Made by a program: the position numbers and the translations under genes | In this document: positions 53,196 through 64,000 of the stretch, piece after piece | How positions within the stretch are numbered: the stretch's first letter is position 1 | How the letters are laid out: each line of letters opens with the position of its first letter | Assembly (NCBI GenBank): GCA_964016885.1 | Contig: OZ024744.1 | Location: forward strand, 71,610,001-71,674,000 | Direction: 5' to 3' | DNA length: 64,000 nucleotides | Source of the DNA: Eledone cirrhosa | Taxonomy: Eukaryota | The notes under the pieces: model-generated | What the model was told of the DNA's origin: nothing | What the model saw: the letters and a program-made list of their open reading frames with translations, nothing else | Databases searched by the model: none

Positions 53196-53410
53196 GTTGT
53201 TTTTTTGTTTAAAATGAAATTTTGGGTACAAAACCCCAATAACTGGTTATTTAACCCCGAAGGGCCAAATAACGGACAGAAAGACCCCTCTCACGAGGAG
53301 GAGGGTGTCTTTATCAACAATTTGGTTCAAGTTTTAAACAATTTACAATTGTTTTAACGGTTAAAAATTACTATACCTTACAGAGCCGAGCCTCCGTCAA
53401 CCATGGCATT

Positions 53411-56400
53411 CAATAATATTAATAATAATAATAATAATAATGCTTTCTTTATTAACCACAAGGGTTTAAACAAAGTAAGACATTAAGGACAATACAGGAC
53501 AATACAGGATGGTACAAATGGGCATTTCTGCGTGTAAAAAAACAAAAACAGAGGATGTAATAAAAAAGGGAAAAAAATTTCCTAATAGGGGGGAGACTTC
53601 CGAGGGTCATTCGTGGAGAAAGCCCATTAAAAAAAACACGGTGACCCTGACCACCAGGGCATATGCCCTCTCCCACTTTTCCACCCTTAATTTACAGGCA
53701 CATACTCAGAGTAGGCCCATTCACTCAGGCCATTCTTGCCCCTCTCACCCATCTTCCAACAAAATGCTGGAAACAGAGCACTTCCCTCTCTACCCTTATT
53801 TTCCTTTTCAAATGAAATTTGGAAAGGTTAATCAGGGCATCACCGAAGCGGTAAGTGCTCGTCTTCAGCCCTTTCAAACGCGTCCACCATACTATCTCTT
53901 TCGCCATGGCCACCAGACAGATAAAAACTGCCTGCCCTTCCCGGTTAAAGGAAGAGGCGGTGCAATCCTCACGATGGACTCAGCTGATAGCCAGATCCGT
54001 CCTACACGCGACAGCAGGTTTTCGACATAAACCCACAAGTCAGCAATGCTCGGACTCTGGACGAGTGCGCGCAGGATGGTTTCGTCGCCCTGCGTGCATC
54101 TCGGACATGCCCGGCTGACGGTACCTTCATGCCTGTAGAGTTTATCCCGAACTGGCAAAGCTCCTCGGTACCATTGCCAGGCCAGGGATTTCTGGAAGTT
54201 GTCCATAGGCCCTGGCCCGAAAGTTCTTCCGGAGAGACTTGCTAGTTGATTTTCGTCGACGCCTAGAGTTTCCCCAAGTACGTCGTCGCTCTTCCCCTCT
54301 ACTAATAATCTATAGAACGCCAAGGTGGAGTTTACACCGATCATATTGCCCGACTAGTCGAGGGCTGTGAATTCCTGAAGACATTCCAGTCTCCAAGCGC
54401 TCCCTCTCGGTCTTCGCTTGACCCAATACTGTAGCTCCGTCAAGGAGACGAATTGGGGAAAGACGCGTCTAGCAAACGGCGACCACAACTGAGCACCGTC
54501 GAGGAAGAGGTGGAGATATCGTAGCCTGAGCGTGTGTCTGCGCATCATCAGCCACGGCACGCCCAGCCCTCCACGTAGCGGGTGTTGACAGCAGAAGGAT
54601 CGCCTGACCATTGGAGCGCGTCCCTTCCACAAATAGCGAAAGAGCAAACGCTCCAGCGCAGACAGGCGGGGCTTAGGGCAAGGTACGACGGTCAGGCAGT
54701 AGTAGATGACGGATGCGATGTACGCATTCGCCACCTCCGCTCGACCTTTCAGAGATAGCTTCCTCTCCGCCCATTTCTGGGTGAGAGAAGCCGCCCTGCT
54801 CGTCACCTCGTCCCAGTTTTTGTCCGTCTGGAGGTCTGGACCGAACCAGACCCCTAGCAATTTAACCAGTCCGTTCGTCCAACGCCCGACGACGCTGTTG
54901 GACGGCATCGACTTGCCTCTCCAGGTGCCGAGCTGCAGGCCCACCGACTTTTCCTGGTTGATCATTGCTCCTGTCACCGCTTCGTATTCTCTAAGTGTAG
55001 TGCCGATCGGCTCGATGTGTTTGGCATTCGACACCAATACGGTGACATCGTCCACATATGCTGACACGGATCTTCCGCATCCTAGTTAGCGCGGGAACCT
55101 CTTCAATGTCTCCAGTTTGTGCAGTAATGGCTCGAGAGTCAATACGTTCAAGAGGGACGAGAGGGGACATCCTTGGCGGACCGAGTGCATGATGTTGAAC
55201 GGTTCCGAAAGGTGACCTATCACTCTCACCACAGAGCAGATGTCGCTGTGCATGGCAACGATCCAGCTTCTGAAGACGGGCCCAAAGCCAGCCGCCCTCA
55301 AGACTGCCGCCAGATAACGATGGTCGACCCTATCGAAAGCTTTCGACTGATCTAAATTGATCAAGGACCCACCCGTGCCAGGTTCCCTAGCTACCCTCTC
55401 CACAATGTATCGCATTAGGTGGAGGTTGTCGTGGATGTATCTGTCTGGAATGGTGCATGTCTGCGCCTCTCCCACCAGACCACCAACGACAAGCGCCAAC
55501 CTCTTAGCACCTTGGCCAAAATCTTGAACTCTGTGTTTAGCAGAGTTATGGGCCGGAAATTATCTATGTTATCCCCTTTGTTCGGATCCTTTCTCAGCTG
55601 CGCCACCGCTCCTCGGCTCACAGAGCTGGGAATTCGCCCGTTCTGTTGCCAGTTGCAGTAGACGTCCGCCAAGAGGCCTCCGAACAAGTCTGGCATGTGT
55701 ACGTAAAGTTCGTAGGGCAGACCAGCCAAACCAGGTGATATACCCCTTGTGCAGCCAGTCCTTGCCTCCCTTACTTCAGCGGCTGTTATCGGCTTTTCGC
55801 AACACTTCGCCTCAGTGGCCGAGAGCCGCGGCAGTTCGTCGAGGAAGGCATTAAATTTCATCCCTCGATTTGGCCCGCCGCTGCCCCCGAACAGCTGAGC
55901 GAAGTGTCGCTGAAAAGCTTCATACATTTTCCTGGGATCGAGTAGCATGTGCCTGTCGTGGTCCATCAAAGACTGGTTCGTGGCTTTGTTGCCACGACAC
56001 GCCTCCGCCACTCGGGCCCATTGAATGGCTTTCGTTACCTCATGTCTGACAACGCAACCTTGGTGCTTTGCATTGAAGAATTGGTAAACGGTCAATTTCG
56101 TCGCAAGTAGGTCGGTCGCGATGCCTTTACTAAGCGCCTCGTCTAATTTTCTAACTAGTTCTCCCTCTGCTCTATTTTTCTCTATTTCTAAAGCCTTACT
56201 AAACCTAATGGACTCTATTCTAATCGCTCTTTTCAGAGCAAACCACCATTTCTTGTTGACGATGGCCCCCGTCAACGCCTGCTTAACTAGTTCGCTAATC
56301 CGGTATCTGTAGGCCTTGTGCGCTGTTAACGACTCGTTTAGTTTCCAGTAGCCGGGTCCCTGACAATGAAGCCTATCTAAGTCAACCTCAAAAATCAAAA

Positions 56401-59310
56401 GTTTTTGGTCCGTGTAGTCGACTATTTTGAAATGTGGTTAGCCTATGCTAGACCTATCTATTTCCCTACAAAATACCCTATCTAGATATGATCTGGATGA
56501 CCCGATCCCGTTTGTCTATGTCCACATTGGCACATTCGAGAAGTCCGGACGGTACCTGTCAGACAGTGGAAATCTTCTGAACAGGTTTGCGAGGCTTTTA
56601 CATCTTCGTCCTCTATCCGCCAATCCCACACAGCCCCAGCGTGTATCTAAGATCCCGTTCCAGTCGCCCACTAACACTAAAGGGCGGGACGTTCCAAGAA
56701 ATATCTCCAGACGCCGGAAGAAATCAGGCCGCCCTGCTCCTGTCGGGGCATAGACGGCCTGAAAGCTTGGCCCTCTCCGTTGGTCACGTCCAGCACCACC
56801 AACTTACCTTCTGGGTCCAGGAAGATGGCCCGTATGGCCTCCGAAAAAGCACAGCAACTCCTCCCCCTATTCCTGGACGGCTGAGGGATGCATATACGTC
56901 GTAGTCGCCGAAGATCGGTGCGAAGGTTCGTTTTTCGGAGATTCTGGTTTCGCTGATGGCCACCACATCTATGTTTAGTGACCTGAGGTTGTTGAGCAGG
57001 TGGCCCTGTTTCCATGACGACCCCAGGCCACGCGTATTTATGCTGCCTATTCTGAGTGAGGTAATTTTGAAAAGCCGTGGAAAAAATGGGAAAGACCACT
57101 TACCTCACTTCTCGTAGAGGAAGGATGGTTTTTCCGTCCTTCTGACTGCTTGTGGTCACCTCCGGAATATTGTCTTTATAAATTCTACTGGAGAGTGTTT
57201 GTCGGAGACTCCGATGTCTTTGGGGAATTTTAATTTTAGTGTCGTGTACGTTTTTTGTGTGATGCGAGTGATTTGTATGTGTGGAGTGGTGTGAATTTTT
57301 GGGGTGTTGTGTAGTCTTTTTCTGTGGTGCTGGTGTTGTGTTGGATGTAGTGTAATTATTGTTGTTGTTCAAATTTAATGTTGTGTAGTGTGTATCGTTT
57401 TGGTTGCTTTGTTTTGCTCGCGTTTGTTGTGGGTTTGTTTCTGTTTCGCTTGTTGGTGATTTTTGTGGCGTTGGTGATGGTGGTTTTGGGGTTAATGATG
57501 GTGAAGGTGTTGGTGTTTGTCGTGATGGGGCTATGATTTCTGGTGTGGATGGTGGTATAGCTGTCTTAACTTTTTTTTGTTTGTTTGTTTGTTTCACTCT
57601 GCATTTTGGTTTTGGAGGGCGAGGAAGAGGATTTTTTCTTTCTTTTTTCCTTTTCTTTTCTTTTTTCCAGATACAGTTCCCCACTCCTCCTCGTCGTCAC
57701 AGTCCGTCTCCAGTTGCGATAGGTGGGAGAGTGGAAAATCCTCCACAGGCGTTGGTTTTGGTTGTGGCGTGGTGGATGGTGGAGGTGCTGGTGCTAATTC
57801 TGGCGCGGTGGGTGGTGGTGGTGTTGGTTTTGCTACTGTTGCTGCTACAGTTGCTGGGGTTGTTGCTGCTACAGTTACTTCTGTTGTTGCTGCTACAGTT
57901 GTTGCTGTCATTTCTGCTGCTCGTGGTTTTGATGGTTGAGTCACTGGGGTTGGTAGGAGAGGTGGCCTCAACTTTTTAGCCTGAGGGAAGAAAGCCATTA
58001 GGTGGGTTCCTTCGCCACTCACGACACACATAGGCCTTCTAAACTCAACGATTACGGTGAGGTGGCTGCCGTCATTGAGGTCTGTCACGTCTGGAATTTC
58101 CTTTATATTTTTTGGTCCGCTTGCATCAAGGGTTCCGTCCCAGATCCGGGTCAGTTCTCCTGCTTTATTTTTGTTACCTCAATTACTTTAGTGTCGGCCT
58201 CGATGTCGGCGAAGACGGCAGCCATTAGCCAGGGAATTTCGATGGCCGGTAGAACGTGGGTCACCCTGATCTTCACGAGCCTCTGACCACAATATCTTGG
58301 GACGAGTGTGTACTCGTCACTTCTTCATGGAGTGCTCTCTGGCTTCCTGCGGGGTTCCAAAGAACACGTCCATGGTTCCATATTTCTGCCCACGTCTGAT
58401 GTGGGATATTTTCGCCCACACATTTCCCAAAGCTTTTTGTATCTGGGACTCGGATGCCCGTTCAACTCGGCGTGATCTTGTGTTTATCGTCCGATATGAC
58501 ACGGTGCATAGGCGCCGATACCCCATTTTATTAGATGGGGGAGTGAGGCTGACCCTGTACCCATCTTTTTTTACCATTCGCTTGGCTTCATTCAATTTAT
58601 CCTAGCTTACCTCGATTGTTTCGCTTTTGTTGGCTACTTTGGAAAATGACACAATTTGTTTTGCGCTGGTATTGATGTTGTTGTTATTCTCATTGTTGTT
58701 GCTGCTGTCGTTGCTATTGTTATTTTTGTTACTGTTATTTTTAGTTTCAGTTGTTGTGGTGGTGGTGGTGTCAGGGGTGTTTGGCGTGGAAGAGTCGATT
58801 CTGGGTGAATCCTTTTCGATGTCACGAGATAATAATTTATATTTTGTTTCTTTGTCGCTGTGGTGGTGGTGGTGGTATCAATGGTGTTTGTTGTTCTTTT
58901 TGACATTGTGAAGATGGGGATGGCGGCTTTAACACCTGTAGTTGTTGGTAATGGCGGGAAATCCATGTCTGTATGCAGCAAATTTATATAATTGAGACTG
59001 CTATTAATTATATTTTCAGTGCTGGCAACCGTGGCAAGGTTTACAATGGTGGTGGTGGGGGATGTTAGTCTGTTAGAAACAGGAGATTTGTCGTCCATGT
59101 TTTTTTCTCAAAGAAATATTTTTTTTGATAAATAAAAGTTTAAAATTTTGGGCTCAAGGCCACAATATTTTTGAGTGTCCTTTTCAGAAAGCAATATATG
59201 TGAACTTATAAACACTTAACAACAAAAAATTTCCATAACTGGCAATTTGAAACAACAGAAAACAAACCTTTGTGGATCTCACGATAATACAATTTCCTAC
59301 GTAGGTCGCC
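53411..59310 (-). mobile_element. Tx1-like LINE, copy D, full length, multiply disrupted (ORF1 ~57100-59098, ORF2 ~53692-57065)
   Basis: Collinear with copies A and C; ORF1 similar to copy A; tail abuts the 5' end of copy C. Confidence 0.92.
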
Positions 59311-59355
<45 letters not shown>

Positions 59356-61170
59356 TTCTTTATTGGTCACCTGGGACGAGATATAGGGGACAATAGAATA
59401 GACAGGGACAGTAGGGGTTTACATATACAAAGTGCAAACAATATAAATCACAATAACAAAATAATAATATAAATATAACAATGAAAATTCTCCTATAGAG
59501 CGGAGGGGTGAACCACCTAGGGGCGACTCATGTACCCCACCAATTCTGAACCACCCGACGCTTCGAGGGCATCTGGGATGGCCCCCATCTCTTCCTCAAA
59601 TTAACCAACCTACAGACGCATGCTCTGAGTAAGGGTCATTCACACGGGCCATTCTTGTAACATCATCCACCATTTAACAAATGTACTGGGGTACAGCACT
59701 TCTCTCTCTACCCTCACCTTTCTTTCCAAGTGAAACTTGAAAAAGTTGATGAGGGATTAGCCAAATAGAAAAGTGTCAGTCTTCAGTCCTTTCAACCTAG
59801 TGCACCATACAATTTCTTTCACCACCTCCACCCGACCTTTCAGGGATAGCTTCCTCTCGGTCCATTTCTGGATAAGAGTGATTATCCTTCTCGATGACTC
59901 CTCCTAGTTCCTGCCCACCTGGAGGTCTGGACTGAACCAAATCGCGAGCAACTTCATCGACCCGTCCGTCAAGCTTCCGATGACATTGTTGAACATCATG
60001 GATTTACCTCTCCAACTGCTGAGCTGTAAACCCACCAACTCTTCCGGGTTGATCTTTGCTCCTGACATCGTTTCATACTTCTCAAAGAATTTGTCGACCA
60101 CCTCGATTTTCGCATATGCCAAGGCAGTCCTTCCACGTCCCGGTTCGTGCGGGATGTCCTGCAACAGCTCCAGTTTCTGCATTAATGGCTCGAGAATCAG
60201 CACATAAATAACGGTTGAGTGGTCACCCTTAACGGAGCGAGTGCGTGATGTAGAACGGTTCCGATAGATGGCCATTTTCTCTGACCACAGAGAAGATGCC
60301 GCTGTGCATTGCAGCGATCAAGACGTGACCGAAACCGGCTGCCTTCAGGATAGTCTCCAGGCATCGATAGCTGACTCTATCGAAAAGCCCCACCGAAACC
60401 AGGTTTACTCCCTACCCTCTCTATGATGTATCACATGCGGTGTCATGTGTAGACCTGGTTGGGATTGCACAGATTTGTGACGGCAAGCGCAAACCTCTTT
60501 AGTAGCTCTTTAGTCACATCTTAAACTCTGTGTTGAGAATAGTTATGAGTTTGAAATTATCTATAACTTTCCTCTAGTTCTCGTTTTTCCTCACTACATT
60601 TAGAGAGCTACCAGTTGCCGATTTAGAAAGCTACCAGTTGCACTAAACATCTGCGAGGAATTTGAAGAATATGTCTGTTATGTCAATGTAAAAAATCGTT
60701 TCGAAAAACATTCAAACCGGGTGATTTGCGCCTCGTGCAGCCGCGTAGGGTTTCTCGTATCACAACTTTCGCAGCACTCTTTACCTGCCACCGAGAGCCA
60801 CGACAGGTGGTCGAGGTGGGAATTATAGTACGCTACTATATCTGAACCCCACTTGTTTTGAACAGTAGTGCGACTTACCGTCGGAAAACAACAGCTGGAC
60901 TCAGCAACACGCCCCCATTTCGGTTCGTCAAAGATCGAATTGTAGCTTATTGTCGTGCTGCTCCTCTGCCATTAAGGCCATCGGACAGCTTTCATTCATT
61001 CGTGTCTTAGAGCACAACCTTAGTCTTTCGCAATGAAGAAATAGTCCAGTGCCATTCTCGTAGCAAATACATCAATTGTAATGCCACTCCTAATCACTTC
61101 TTCTAGTTTAGCTACTAACTCCCCCTCTGTTCTATACATTTATATTGCTGTCTTTAATAAATGTTATTGA
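59311..61170 (-). mobile_element. Older, degraded Tx1-like LINE, copy E, internally deleted
   Basis: LEPLMQKLE..GAKINPEELVGLQLSSWRGK..WFSPDLQ; (TTA)n tail abuts the 5' end of copy D. Confidence 0.8.
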
Positions 61171-62329
61171 ATCTACTCTAAACGTATTTGAACGTTTCAC
61201 ACCTACCCAAAGAATTTAGTAATATTCAAAATAATCTCATTTTCTTAATTCCTTTCCTCCTTACCCCCTCTAGCCTACTCTTAATTTCTAGCCTTTCCTT
61301 TTCTGTCCTTCTCTTTATACCTTCTCTACCCTCTTGACCATATATGGTAAACATCAAAATCTTCACCTATACCATTGGTCAAAGAATAATTGTTCCACAT
61401 CAGAGCACACAGATTGACAATTGTGAAAGTCTTTAGCCCCACTCCATCTCTTCCCTACTACCACACTAACTGACTGTATTTCATTCTATTTTTAACTAAT
61501 TTATATGTTTTTAAACAAGAATCACATTGCTGAATTCTACCGCATAGTGAAAAGCCGACTTCCACTATTATAGGCTTTCTGATGAAGTGTAATAAATAAT
61601 TAAGTATTTCATATGATTGAACAATACATATTGTCATCAGCATATGTAGACAATTATAATAGATACAGAAATATACGTTTCTTATTTACAAGTAACATGT
61701 AGTCTATACCCATGACATTACAGAGAGTGGACGATACCACACTGTTGTACATACTATTAGCTGTGTGGACTGAAATGTGAGCAGCTACGAGTCGCGCTCA
61801 TGGATAGAGTGCAGCGAATTATACTTACATTTAAGTAGACTAAACTGTTGACAGTTAAGTGTGAGTTAGACATGGGCACTTTGTTACGTAATTACAATTG
61901 AGAGTTAAATTCCTTGTTCATGCATAGAGTATAAAAAATTACACTACACAGCTGTAGATAGGTATGGCTAGGTACATTAGACTGCTGGGAGTTAAATAAT
62001 TGGATCATGGACTTACGCATTACGGTGAACTAGACACACCGAGGAACCTACTAACAGTTAGGTAGACTGCTATGTTGGCATTTAAGTTCATGGATACAGT
62101 ACACATAAGTACCAAAACTTGGTAACTACTTACGACAGCGTTAACTGGCTCTTAAGTATATTATGAATGTGGATGCAAGCATGCCAGGGGGGTTAGAAGA
62201 TTTGCAAACATAAGGTAAGTGGTTTGATGCCTTGCCTATTATTTTGATCTGCTGTCTTTACCATAGCTTTCAGTAGACTGAAGCTTTGTGAGTGAAATTA
62301 TATAGACAGAAACTCTATCACGAAGACAA

Positions 62330-62700
62330 GCAACTGAAATGGGATTCCTCCGAATGGTCTTTAGAATAACGTTACTGGATAAAGTGCGTAACTCGGAGAT
62401 CAGAGAGTCACTCCAGGTAGGGCCGATACTTCTCCGAATTGAGTGATCACAGCTCCGATACTATGGCTAAGTGGTTAGAATGTCTCAGGAAAGAATCACT
62501 GGACAGATGTTACGGGCAAACCCAACCGCCAGAAGACCCCGAGCGAGATGGTTGGATAACATCCATGAGCTTCGCTTGGGGATCCAGCCGGATCAGTTGA
62601 AGACGGTTGCTTCAGACAGGACCCTCTGGGAGGAGTGTTTGGGGACTTTGCCCCACGACCTTCTCAGGAAGAAGAAGAAGAAGAAGAAGAAGAAGAAGAA
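62330..62700 (+). mobile_element. RTE-clade LINE 3' fragment with (GAA)n tail
   Basis: ATEMGFLR..LLDKVRNSEIRESL..QLRYYG..VVRM..RRPRARWLDNI. Confidence 0.75.
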
Positions 62701-62759
62701 ACTGTATGTAAGATAGTTAGATGGATTATATACTTGTAATTCAAAGGTCCAGCCACGCC

Positions 62760-64000
62760 AAAGATTTTGATACACTGAATCGACATGGTAATTATGCTAA
62801 AGATACACTTATCTATGAAGAATAGAATTCGATCTATTAAGGATTCTAATGCCGTGCACATCCACTCTGACAAAACTGGCATTCTATATCAAGTGGAGCG
62901 CAGTACTTACCATCAACTGCTACATAATGCTGTAACTAAGGATTACCGGAAAACCAATCGGAGCGTCATTAATGACATCAATGATGCTGGTTTTAAAATC
63001 ACTTCTGAACTCAACATCCTGGACCGAACTGAACTTCTGGACCCTATTTCTACCCACTTTACTCACAATTTCTACCCACTTTACAAACCAAATTTCGCCA
63101 ACAACCCCTCTATTCGGCTAATTAACCCTACGAAGTCTGATTTAGGTAGACTTGGTAAAACGATTTTAGATAGAATTATACCTGAAATTAGAAGCCTGGT
63201 CCCTCTTGTACTGTGGAATAATTCTTTCGAGGTGATTGATTTGTTCAATGGCATATGCAACAAGGAACATTGCCGTTTTATCCAATCCGACATCAATAAC
63301 TGCTACTCTTTCATCACTTTACCACTTCTTCTTAGAGCTATCAATTTCGCTGAAACGCTCACGGTGGTTAAGGATTTCGAAGTTGATGTCATCCTCAATG
63401 TCCGTAAGTCGGTGATTAATTTCGACGACTTTATTTGGATAAAAAATATAATTGTTTCTACTTTAGGCACAAGGCCAGCAATTATCCAGTGCATTACTGG
63501 TACTTTATTTTATCGACCCCGTAAGGATGAAAGGCAAAGTCAACCTCGGCGGGATTTGAACTCAGATCGTAAAGGGACGTAACTATGCTGGAAAGCATGG
63601 CGTCCGACCCTCTACCGATACTGCCAATCCACCGCCCTTTGGATAAAAAATATAATAGTACCCCATTCGACGTGAGTATGGGCACCAGCGATTCGGCGGA
63701 GGTTACAGATCTTATCGTCCTTTTCCTTCTTTTCTCTATCAAGGAAGAATTCCCCAATGTAGGCGGTGGTTTGTACCGGGATGATGGTCTTTTGACCATG
63801 ACAAAGTGCGGTCCACGCGCTTGACAGGTTTAGAAAAGAACTCACAGCCTTCTTTAAAGGCTTCAACCTCTCCATACAGGTTGAAGCAAACCTCTAGGTC
63901 GATAATTACCTCGACGTTACCCTCAATTTGTCGAATGGCTTGCACTACCCGTATAGAAAACCGAATGATACGCTTAATTACATAAGTAAGAATTGTAGCC
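62760..64000 (+). mobile_element. Penelope-like element RT region (Naiad/Poseidon-type), interrupted by a SINE, runs off the window
   Basis: SDKT, KPNFANNPSIRLINPTKSDLG, FIQSDI, FDVSMGTSDSAEVTDL, LYRDDGL, YLDVTLNL, PYRKPND. Confidence 0.85.
63453..63637 (-). mobile_element. Short-family SINE with perfect 19-bp TSD
   Basis: TTTGGATAAAAAATATAAT at 63434-63452 and 63638-63656; defines the SINE 5' end GGGCGGTGGATTGGCAG. Confidence 0.93.

Larger units (their letters stand above)
47331..53410 (-). mobile_element. Tx1-like LINE, copy C, full length and nearly intact
   Basis: 5' UTR, ORF1, ORF2, 3' UTR and (TTA)n tail all present. Confidence 0.94.

Overview
Repeat-saturated eukaryotic DNA. The mix of AT-rich microsatellites, tRNA-derived SINEs, Tx1, R4/Dong, Penelope-like and Tigger elements suggests an invertebrate, plausibly an octopus/cephalopod (inference only). 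I recognise no host protein-coding exon; the only host-like feature is a possible CpG-rich promoter near 11.6-11.8 kb. Contents: five Tx1-like LINEs (three stacked head-to-tail through (TAA)n tails), two RLE-bearing R4/Dong-like LINEs, several Penelope-like element (PLE) fragments, a Tigger/pogo transposon, a hAT (Buster-like) deletion derivative, a mariner relic, an RTE tail, MITE/foldback elements and about 18 SINE copies or fragments. The main hidden signal is RNA structure. A >99% identical 5 x 467-bp tandem array (15454-17802) sits inside a (TA)n tract, and every unit carries an intact type I hammerhead ribozyme on the minus strand, i.e. a retrozyme-like circular-RNA element. More than ten further hammerhead motifs from several families occur in short non-coding, often palindromic, PLE-derived modules in (TA)n tracts, and several share a downstream TRTTGAGYRCYT motif. 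All family assignments come from motifs read by eye; no searches or folding were run.
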